Part shown: positions 8,208 to 14,794 of the stretch, one piece after another | Position numbering within the stretch: position 1 is the first letter of the stretch | How the letters are laid out: every line of letters starts with the position of its first letter | Source of the DNA: a virus | IMG/VR virus record: IMGVR_UViG_3300024999_000014 | Span: 1-59,672 of that record | Length of the DNA: 59,672 nt | Reading direction: 5' to 3' (one strand) | Position numbers and translations under genes: made by a program | The notes under the pieces: model-generated | What the model was told of the DNA's origin: nothing | The model's database searches: none | What the model saw: the letters and a program-made list of their open reading frames with translations, nothing else

Positions 8208-9302
8208 ATGACTGGAGAAATGATGAAACGTGTAACTGACTTATTCGCGCAAATCTACAGCTTTGACAACCTGTACGCAGCATACATAGCAGCTAGGAAG
8301 GGTAAGCGGTACCGTGGAGAAGTACTAAGGTTTACGGCGAACCTAGAAGAGAACCTTATACAGCTGCAGAACGAGCTTATTTACGAAACCTACCAGGTGG
8401 GGCGCTATCGGGAATTCTATGTTACGGAACCAAAACGGCGGCTAGTTATGGCCCTACCATTCCGGGACAGAGTTGTACAATGGGCGATCTACCGAGTACT
8501 AAATCCTATATTTGAAAAGACGTTTATCCATCACAGCTATGCCTGCCGGGTAGGGAAAGGTACCCATGCAGCGGCGGCCAAACTTTACAGCTGGCTCAGG
8601 ACAATAACGCGAAAGCCTGAGAAGTGGTACTACCTTAAGCTGGACGTAGCGAAGTACTTTTACCGAGTAGATCACGCCGTAATAATGCGGATTATCTCCC
8701 GGAAGATTAAAGACAAAGACCTGCTACGGCTGCTTAAAAAGATCATAAACAGTGAAAATACGAAGTTCGGACTACCTACCGGAGGTACCCTGGATACAGA
8801 TAAGCGAATATCTGATAAGGGCATGCCGATAGGTAACCTAACTTCGCAAATGTTCGCGAACATATACCTAAATGAGCTAGACCAGTACGTTAAGCACGTC
8901 TTACGGATAAAGCATTACATTAGGTACATGGACGACATCATTATTCTACACCCGTCTAAGCAGCATTTACATCAAGTAAAATTTGACATATCCCGGTACC
9001 TAAATGAACAACTACGCCTGGAGCTTAACAATAAGACTACGATTAGGCCCGTAAGCCTGGGTGTACACTTCGTAGGCCAACAGATATGGGGTACCCACAG
9101 AAAGATACGTAAGCCCGCGTCTTTAAAGATAAAACGACGACTGGCCCTTTTAGCCCGGCAGTACAACAGGGGAGAATTACCGCTGGCGAAGTTCAAAGCG
9201 TCCTTAGCGTCTTACCTGGGGATTATGAAACACGTAGACTGTTATCGTTTTAAGGCTAAGCTACTAAGTACCATAAAGCTTTGCCGAAACCATGAGGAAT
9301 AA
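8208..9302 (+). CDS. DGR reverse transcriptase
   Basis: IGNLTSQ (DGR-type motif 4) and IRYMDDIIIL (YxDD). 364 aa, directly downstream of TR. Confidence 0.9.
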   Translation: MTGEMMKRVTDLFAQIYSFDNLYAAYIAARKGKRYRGEVLRFTANLEENLIQLQNELIYETYQVGRYREFYVTEPKRRLVMALPFRDRVVQWAIYRVLNPIFEKTFIHHSYACRVGKGTHAAAAKLYSWLRTITRKPEKWYYLKLDVAKYFYRVDHAVIMRIISRKIKDKDLLRLLKKIINSENTKFGLPTGGTLDTDKRISDKGMPIGNLTSQMFANIYLNELDQYVKHVLRIKHYIRYMDDIIILHPSKQHLHQVKFDISRYLNEQLRLELNNKTTIRPVSLGVHFVGQQIWGTHRKIRKPASLKIKRRLALLARQYNRGELPLAKFKASLASYLGIMKHVDCYRFKAKLLSTIKLCRNHEE

Positions 9303-9336
9303 AGCCGCTAGCCTACCCCCGTAGCTAGCGGCTTTT
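9302..9336 (+). terminator. intrinsic terminator after RT
   Basis: aagccgctagc / gctagcggctt 11-bp stem followed by TTTT. Confidence 0.7.
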
Positions 9337-9390
9337 ACTATGAGCAACCCCGCGCCTAACGGGTAAGAAGTTACGAAAGGGGGCCGCGTA

Positions 9391-9795
9391 ATGGCAGACG
9401 CCGTAGAACCTAAGCTATGCGAGGAAAAGCACAAGAACATAGACAAGCAATTATCTGTAGGCGAAAAACGCATGAACAGCCATTCCGAAAGCGTACACGA
9501 CGTTAAGGAAGCTATAGTACGGCTTACGATTATCCAGGAAATGCAGACCAATACCCAGGCAGCACAGACTAGAACGCTGGAGGGTATCGACAAACGGGTA
9601 AGCGACCTGGAAGACGCCCGTGTAGCCCATTTAAGGGAGCAAGAACAGCTTAGGCAATCAGAAAAATTTTGGCAGACAGCCGTAGGGCAGAGAGCTATAA
9701 CCGTGGGCGTGGTTATTACAGCTATTGTAATCCTGACGGCCATAGGCCAGGACGTAGGCCCGGATATTAAAGCTTGGCTAACAGGTAGTAAGTAG
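9391..9795 (+). CDS. XhlA-like lysis-associated membrane protein
   Basis: N-terminal CEEKHKNIDKQL...coiled coil plus a C-terminal TM (ITVGVVITAIVILTAI). Precedes the holin as in PBSX xhlA-xhlB. Confidence 0.55.
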   Translation: MADAVEPKLCEEKHKNIDKQLSVGEKRMNSHSESVHDVKEAIVRLTIIQEMQTNTQAAQTRTLEGIDKRVSDLEDARVAHLREQEQLRQSEKFWQTAVGQRAITVGVVITAIVILTAIGQDVGPDIKAWLTGSK

Positions 9796-9811
9796 AAAGG
9801 GGAATACGCTA

Positions 9812-10153
9812 ATGTTAGACACTGTAGTAGTCATGGGCATGACCGTAACCGCCGTAGAAGTGGTTAAAAACTTTAACGCATACAAGAATCATAAAGGCAT
9901 GGGCAAAAAGATACTGCCGTTTATTATCCTGGCCGTAGGCTGCGGGCTGCAGGTGCTTAATAACGGATTTTTTGGTAGCGGCTGGACTGGTACGGCGGTG
10001 ACCGAAGCGGCCAAAAGCGGCATAGAAGCCAGCGTACTGTATGCGGGTATTTACGGCATGGGTAAAGCCGCTATGCAGACGCCAGACACGGACGTAGTAC
10101 CGGAACAAACGGAGCAGCCAGCCGCCGTACAAAGTAAGGAAACGCTGGGCTAG
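9812..10153 (+). CDS. holin (SPP1/XhlB-type)
   Basis: 113 aa with 2-3 TM segments (ILPFIILAVGCGL.., SVLYAGIYGMG) and a hydrophilic tail. Confidence 0.65.
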   Translation: MLDTVVVMGMTVTAVEVVKNFNAYKNHKGMGKKILPFIILAVGCGLQVLNNGFFGSGWTGTAVTEAAKSGIEASVLYAGIYGMGKAAMQTPDTDVVPEQTEQPAAVQSKETLG

Positions 10154-10181
10154 TAGGGCGTACCGCTAGCCCAGCGTTTTT
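10141..10181 (+). terminator. intrinsic terminator 1 after holin
   Basis: Perfect 13-bp stem aacgctgggctag / ctagcccagcgtt followed by TTTTT. Confidence 0.8.
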
Positions 10182-10195
10182 ACCCCACACAGTTA

Positions 10196-10224
10196 GCCAG
10201 GCCTTCGGGCCTGGCACTTTTTTA
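10196..10224 (+). terminator. intrinsic terminator 2
   Basis: gccaggcc-ttcg-ggcctggc hairpin followed by a T-run. Confidence 0.8.
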
Positions 10225-10232
10225 TTTACCCT

Positions 10233-10277
10233 AAGTAGTATAAATTTCTTGACTTCTATACTTCTACGGCGTAAACT
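10233..10277 (+). promoter_or_regulatory. early-type promoter with dyad (copy 1)
   Basis: aagtagtata-N6-TTGACT(10249-10254)-17 nt-TAAACT(10272-10277). tatacttct half-site lies downstream of -35. Confidence 0.65.
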
Positions 10278-10320
10278 ACTGCATAACATGAAGTAACTAA
10301 AAACAAGGAGGTAATAGGTC

Positions 10321-10692
10321 ATGGCAGAGAAAGTAACGCTGGAAATAGTGGCTGGTAACGCGCTGGTAAGCGGCAAGAAGGTAACCGTATCAAAGGGTAA
10401 GACGCCGGGGAAACTACTGTTTAACGTAACCCTTAAAGTCTGTAAGGAATTCTCCGTAGTAGGTATCGACTGGGAGGAAAAAGAAACCAGGAGCGCAGGA
10501 AAGGCCGCCGCCGGAGCTATCGCTGGGGGCTTCCTTACGGGTGGCTGGGGTTTACTAGCTGGCGCGGCATTAGGCGGGCGTAAACAGGACAATTCTACAG
10601 CTGTATTAGAGCTGGAGGAAGACGGAAGAAGTTATAGGCTTACGGTGCGTTGCAGCCCTGCGGAGCTTACGAAGTTAAACAGCTGGATATAA
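10321..10692 (+). CDS. glycine-zipper membrane protein (moron-like, own promoter)
   Basis: SD aaggagg. 123 aa with AAAGAIAGGFLTGGWGLLAGAALGG TM segment. Confidence 0.6.
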   Translation: MAEKVTLEIVAGNALVSGKKVTVSKGKTPGKLLFNVTLKVCKEFSVVGIDWEEKETRSAGKAAAGAIAGGFLTGGWGLLAGAALGGRKQDNSTAVLELEEDGRSYRLTVRCSPAELTKLNSWI

Positions 10693-10877
10693 TACTATGT
10701 ATTATATATTTATAAGTAATGAACTATAGATATATATAATAACTATATCTATATAATTTATTTAATAATATATAAGTGTTCTTTTTTCTTAGGGGGGTAG
10801 TTTTATTTTCCTGTCTTATCCGGGGCAGGGATTTAGAAAACTACCCCCTCTAAAATTTTTGGTTTTATATATTTTTA
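10690..10877. repeat. AT-rich tract plus long hairpin module A (inverted partner at 42388-42600)
   Basis: About 90 bp of nearly pure AT, then tcttttttcttaggggggtagtttt...aaaactaccccctctaaaattttt (13-bp perfect stem 10791-10804/10837-10849). Confidence 0.8.
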
Positions 10878-10905
10878 TTTGAGGTAGTATAAAAATAAAG
10901 AAGTC

Positions 10906-10934
10906 TTGATATAATACCTAGTACGGACTATAAT
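10906..10934 (+). promoter_or_regulatory. sigma70-type promoter
   Basis: TTGATA-17 nt-TATAAT. gtagtata motif upstream at 10884. Confidence 0.7.
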
Positions 10935-10962
10935 AGAGTTTAAAAAGATAGGAGGTACCACG

Positions 10963-11196
10963 ATGGCTAAGGGAAACAGGGTAAACGATGGCGAAGTACT
11001 GGAAGCTTATTCTACAAAGCTGGAACCAGGGACTAAGAAGAAGCTGGAAGCCCTGGCGAAAGTACAGCACTTAGGCGGCCAGCGGGAGCTTATTAACAAG
11101 ATGCTGGAAGTCTACGCGAAAGCTAACCCGGAAGAAATGGCTAAGGCTGGGCAGCTGCTGGAACTTTTAGGCGAAGCGCCGGAAAGAATTTACTAA
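10963..11196 (+). CDS. small ribbon-helix-helix-like regulator (candidate)
   Basis: 77 aa, SD taggagg. The beta-alpha-alpha pattern YSTKLEPGTKKKLEALAKVQHLGGQRELINKMLEVY is first after the early promoter. Confidence 0.45.
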   Translation: MAKGNRVNDGEVLEAYSTKLEPGTKKKLEALAKVQHLGGQRELINKMLEVYAKANPEEMAKAGQLLELLGEAPERIY

Positions 11197-11276
11197 GTAC
11201 TGGCATTATTTCGAAAAGTCGCGCATATGCTGTATAGCACAGCGCAGCAAGCAGTACAGCGAGATAGCCAAAGTAT

Positions 11277-11303
11277 GGCCCTTTAGACGGGGCCTATATT
11301 TTT
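11277..11303 (+). terminator. weak intrinsic terminator
   Basis: ggccc-tttagac-gggcc followed by tatattttt. Confidence 0.4.
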
Positions 11304-11309
11304 AACTAA

Positions 11310-11353
11310 AGTAGTAATTATATCTTGACTTCTGTACTACTACGGCGTAAAAT
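11310..11353 (+). promoter_or_regulatory. early-type promoter with dyad (copy 2)
   Basis: agtagta-N8-TTGACT(11325-11330)-17 nt-TAAAAT(11348-11353). tactact at 11335-11341. Confidence 0.65.
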
Positions 11354-11385
11354 ACGGGTATCAACTATTTGAAGGGGGCTTTAAA

Positions 11386-11589
11386 TTGATAATACCAGGC
11401 AACATTAAACCGGGGGAACTTGTAACGGAAGCCTATTCTAATCGGGTACAAAGAAAGCGGCTAGTCGAATGGAACTACCGGGACGTAACCGGAAAACTTC
11501 ACGCCGGGGTAGCTAAGACATACGAAGCAGCTGTAGAACAGGCCGCTAAGCACGGCTACGTAAAGGGGGGTAGCGAATGTACGCTGTAG
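11386..11589 (+). CDS. hypothetical protein
   Basis: 67 aa, TTG start after SD gaaggggg. Confidence 0.5.
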   Translation: MIIPGNIKPGELVTEAYSNRVQRKRLVEWNYRDVTGKLHAGVAKTYEAAVEQAAKHGYVKGGSECTL

Positions 11590-11702
11590 AAATACTATGC
11601 GACGCTGACGCCTGCCAGCTAGCCGTAACCATAAGGGAAGAGTGGACACTAGACCAATGTATCGCCGCCTACTCACTATTTGGGGGCGGCGCCCATGAAT
11701 GA
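11577..11702 (+). CDS. hypothetical small protein (41 aa)
   Basis: ATG overlaps the upstream stop region. Below the ORF-track size cutoff. Confidence 0.3.
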   Translation: MYAVEILCDADACQLAVTIREEWTLDQCIAAYSLFGGGAHE

Positions 11703-11964
11703 CCAGCCCGTACCGTTTGCCATGTCCTGGAGCGAAGTATTTCTATTACAGTCGCTGCTAGAAAGTCAGATAACCGAACTACGCAGGCTATGGAGTGACG
11801 CGCTGGGCTGGGACGACGAACTAGCGAAGTCTTTCGCCAAACGACAGCGTGAGCTATGGGAGAAATGGCACGACTTAAATAATCGGCTGTGCGAATCTGG
11901 ACAAAGCTTTTACCTACCCGGTAAGCAGCGAGAACTTAAAAGCCTTTTAGTAATAAAAAATTAA
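11695..11964 (+). CDS. hypothetical protein
   Basis: ATG 11695 preferred over TTG 11680. 89 aa. Confidence 0.5.
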   Translation: MNDQPVPFAMSWSEVFLLQSLLESQITELRRLWSDALGWDDELAKSFAKRQRELWEKWHDLNNRLCESGQSFYLPGKQRELKSLLVIKN

Positions 11965-11968
11965 GGAA

Positions 11969-12000
11969 CCCTGGCAGAAATGCCGGGGCCTTTTTCTTTT
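11969..12000 (+). terminator. intrinsic terminator
   Basis: ccctggca-gaaa-tgccgggg hairpin followed by cctttttctttt. Confidence 0.7.
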
Positions 12001-12071
12001 TGTCGCTAGGAATAGGACGGGCAGGCAAGGGAATACAATGTAACACCAAGAGAAAAAAGGAGGGCGCAACC

Positions 12072-13094
12072 ATGAAAAACGCAGCCGCCGACATAGGCTA
12101 CGGATGGACGAAGGCCATAGTAGAAGGCCAGGAAGAAGCCTTTAAACAGCCCAGCGTATTAGGAGAACCTAAGCAGCTATTCGAAGAATCCAGACGGGCT
12201 ACTGACATTATCTATAACGGTAAATACTTCGTAGGCGACCTAGCCCTACGCCATAGCGACGTACGGTACGCCGGGACGAAGGAAAGTAAGCCCGAAACCT
12301 GGACTACCAAAGTACTGCTTAAGGTAGCGCTGGGAATGACAGCCCCGGAAGAATCCGTAAACCTGGTAACCGGGCTACCTATCGACTTCTACCACAGCCA
12401 GCGCGGGGACTTCCGGGACATGATCGGTAAACTAGACCGGGTGCCTTACCAGCTGGAGGTAGGCCGCCGCGTGGTAGACTGTAGCCCGCAAATAGAGAAC
12501 GTAAAAATAGTACCCCAGCATTTAGGGGCCGCTATGGATTACCTGCTAGACAGCCGGGGCCAGGTAGTCGATAAAGGAGAAGCCCGGAAAAGTATCTTAG
12601 TCGTAGACCCTGGTTACTTTACCTTGGGTCTGCTGCCTATCGAAGGTATGGAAATCGGCAAGGAGCGCTGTAGCCCGCCGGGGCTAGGAGCAGACGCCGC
12701 CTATAAACTTATCCAGGATTACCTACGGGAGAAGACCGGGAACGCCCCGGCTAGGTATGACATGGACGCCATTTACGAAAAGGGCGACTACCGGGGCTAC
12801 GACATTAAGCCGCTTTTCTCCAAAGCATTTAAAGCCCTGGCCGGACAAATAGAGCTGGAAGTAGAAAGCCTAAATAAGCGCTACGACATGTACCTGCTGG
12901 TAGGCGGTACAGGGCTGCGTATTCGGGAATACTTAACGCTGCCTAATCTATTGATGTTACCAGACCCCCAGGCGGCGAATGTACGGGGCTACCTAAAGAT
13001 AGCGGCCCGGTTATGGGGTACCCACGACGACGGAATAGTACGGCTACCACACAGAAAGGCAGGGGCTAAGCTATGGGGCAGCGTAAGCGGCTAA
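12072..13094 (+). CDS. parM: ParM/StbA-family actin-like segregation ATPase
   Basis: SD aaggaggg + ATG 12072. AADIGYGWTKA (phosphate 1) and VVDPGYFTLG motifs. About 340 aa. Confidence 0.7.
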   Translation: MKNAAADIGYGWTKAIVEGQEEAFKQPSVLGEPKQLFEESRRATDIIYNGKYFVGDLALRHSDVRYAGTKESKPETWTTKVLLKVALGMTAPEESVNLVTGLPIDFYHSQRGDFRDMIGKLDRVPYQLEVGRRVVDCSPQIENVKIVPQHLGAAMDYLLDSRGQVVDKGEARKSILVVDPGYFTLGLLPIEGMEIGKERCSPPGLGADAAYKLIQDYLREKTGNAPARYDMDAIYEKGDYRGYDIKPLFSKAFKALAGQIELEVESLNKRYDMYLLVGGTGLRIREYLTLPNLLMLPDPQAANVRGYLKIAARLWGTHDDGIVRLPHRKAGAKLWGSVSG

Positions 13095-13372
13095 AGGTAA
13101 TGGCTGAACTTCGGAAGGGGAAGGACGACGATATTAAAGCCGCCCTGGAGGAATCCGACAAACTTAACGACCGTAGCGACGTCATAAGGGCGGCTTTAAG
13201 GTTTTATTTTAGCCTGGGGGGTACAGATATACTAAAAAGACCCCTAGAACACGACACGCGACAGGCTGGGGCGAGTACGGGCTTAATTTTAGAAGACGTT
13301 ACACTGGGCAGAACACAAAAAGGCGCCGAAGCAATCGACGCCGAACTGGATAACCTGCTGGGGGAATTCTAA
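13073..13372 (+). CDS. RHH-type DNA-binding protein, ParR-like adaptor candidate
   Basis: Overlaps the parM 3' end. RSDVIRAALRFYF ribbon-helix-helix signature. Confidence 0.45.
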   Translation: MGQRKRLKVMAELRKGKDDDIKAALEESDKLNDRSDVIRAALRFYFSLGGTDILKRPLEHDTRQAGASTGLILEDVTLGRTQKGAEAIDAELDNLLGEF

Positions 13373-13449
13373 AAATGAAATACGGCGGGGGCGCCGTACG
13401 CCATAAGCGCGATACCGACAGCGATTTTAATTAAAGCGGCTACTGGCAT
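13369..13449 (-). CDS. 26-aa hydrophobic peptide (type I toxin-like candidate)
   Basis: Minus-strand ATG preceded by aaaggaag SD. Encodes MPVAALIKIAVGIALMAYGAPAVFHF. Minus-strand TATAAT at 13477-13482. Convergent with, and overlapping, the ParR-like stop codon. Confidence 0.35.
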   Translation of the reverse strand: MPVAALIKIAVGIALMAYGAPAVFHF

Positions 13450-13473
13450 GTCGTACACTTCCTTTCGTTTAAC

Positions 13474-13503
13474 TTGATTATAGTATGTCACGACTTCTAT
13501 ATT
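13474..13503 (+). promoter_or_regulatory. promoter (TTGATT-18-TATATT) with early-type dyad remnant
   Basis: tatagtat...cgacttctatatttctatacta resembles the early promoter motif. Confidence 0.5.
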
Positions 13504-13524
13504 TCTATACTAGGGGGGATAAAA

Positions 13525-13614
13525 ATGTTTAGTTTTGACGTTTACATGGGCGTATTTTTTGTCCTAGTAACGCTAGGCATAGTTTGGAAAGGGGGGCGCC
13601 GTAATGCTGGTTAG
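13525..13614 (+). CDS. 29-aa membrane peptide
   Basis: Strong SD tagggggg. Encodes MFSFDVYMGVFFVLVTLGIVWKGGRRNAG. Confidence 0.35.
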   Translation: MFSFDVYMGVFFVLVTLGIVWKGGRRNAG

Positions 13615-14062
13615 GGTAAACGGTAGAATATGGAACCAGCCGGAAGTACTGGCCGTACTAGAAATAACAGAACCTACTACCCTGGATAAGGTAGCTGCGC
13701 ACGTTAAACGGAACTACCGGACGTACCTGGCAGCTGGCTACACTATCCTAATGGTAATACAGCCTAGTACGGCGCTGGCTGCGGGTAACATGAACGGCGG
13801 TATACGTCTTATACTGCTTATGCAAAAAGCGTCGTTTTGGGTAGGTATGGGCGTAACGATATGGGGAATCGTAGAAGCCCAGCTAGATTACCCAGGCTGG
13901 AAAGGCCGCGTACTTAAAGGCGTGCTGGGATACATCGGTATCCTGCTGGTGCCGCTGGTGTTCTTAGAGCTGCAGAACAGCCTACAGGTAGACGTATGGA
14001 ACCAGCTACAGGGAGCTACGACGCCGGATATGACGCCGAAGGCGCCGACCGTAACACAGTAA
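13604..14062 (+). CDS. secreted/membrane protein with TrbC/VirB2-like topology
   Basis: Signal-like segment ...ILMVIQPSTALAAG followed by two hydrophobic helices separated by a short polar loop (FWVGMGVTIWGIV / VLGYIGILLVPLVFL). Confidence 0.4.
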   Translation: MLVRVNGRIWNQPEVLAVLEITEPTTLDKVAAHVKRNYRTYLAAGYTILMVIQPSTALAAGNMNGGIRLILLMQKASFWVGMGVTIWGIVEAQLDYPGWKGRVLKGVLGYIGILLVPLVFLELQNSLQVDVWNQLQGATTPDMTPKAPTVTQ

Positions 14063-14074
14063 GGGGGTAGCGTT

Positions 14075-14794
14075 ATGGGCCTAAAGATAACCGCCGGATA
14101 CCAGGCCGTAGACAACGTACACAAAGTACCGCATAGCGGCGTAGATGTAGCCATACCGACCGGGACGCCTTTAGTAAGCGTAGGTACTGGGGTAGTCGAA
14201 AAGCTGGTAAACTACGGCGACCAGAATATAGGTAACGGGGTATTTGTTAGGCTTATAGACGGTACCCAGGTAGTCTACGGGCATTTATCTAAGGTATCGG
14301 TAGTAAAGGGGCAGCCCGTCATAAAAGGGACGGAAATAGGACTAAGCGGCGGGCAGCCTGGAACGCCAGGCGCCGGGCACAGTACCGGGCCACATTTACA
14401 CCTACAGGCGTACCAGGGCGGGCGGCTGATAGACCCTACGCGCTACCTGGAAAGCGCCGTACAGACTTCGCAGCCTACAGCTGGCGGGCCGGATTTACTG
14501 ACCGGGGCAGCTATCGGCGTGTTATTCGTGGTACTTATGCTAGTGGTAGGGGGTAAGAAGATGATTGTAACGCCTGTATCTATTATCGTTATGGTAGTCC
14601 TGGCTGTATTTTTCGGCCCGGCCATATGGACGAAGCTAGGCTTTCTTTTTGCTGGCGGGTACCTAGACGTCCCGCTAATGGTGGGTACCATAGTCTGTAT
14701 ATGGCTTTTACAATTCGGGGCTAAATGGCCTAAGAAGTATATCGTATGGGGCTGGCTACTATTTTGGGCATTAAGGGGGTTTATTTTCGTATGA
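14075..14794 (+). CDS. M23 metallopeptidase fused to a 4-TM membrane domain
   Basis: HSGVDV (HxxxD) and GPHLHLQ (HxH) motifs. Four C-terminal TM segments. Confidence 0.8.
   Translation: MGLKITAGYQAVDNVHKVPHSGVDVAIPTGTPLVSVGTGVVEKLVNYGDQNIGNGVFVRLIDGTQVVYGHLSKVSVVKGQPVIKGTEIGLSGGQPGTPGAGHSTGPHLHLQAYQGGRLIDPTRYLESAVQTSQPTAGGPDLLTGAAIGVLFVVLMLVVGGKKMIVTPVSIIVMVVLAVFFGPAIWTKLGFLFAGGYLDVPLMVGTIVCIWLLQFGAKWPKKYIVWGWLLFWALRGFIFV

Noticed and set aside
8208-9302. The reverse transcriptase, considered as a retron, group II intron or Abi-type defence RT.
   Set aside because: A TR/VR pair with adenine-only mismatches, an Avd gene and the IGNLTSQ motif identify it as a DGR RT. No intron RNA domains, maturase/endonuclease extension or msr/msd-like inverted repeats are seen around it.
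12000-12071. ORF-track N-terminal extensions: 12000 for ParM, 17442 for the coiled-coil gene, 35782 for the MazG-like gene, 14746 for the ATPase and 11680.
   Set aside because: The extensions start at TTG/GTG codons lying inside terminators, promoters or the upstream gene. Downstream ATG/TTG codons with proper SD spacing (12072, 17514, 35842, 14791, 11695) fit better.
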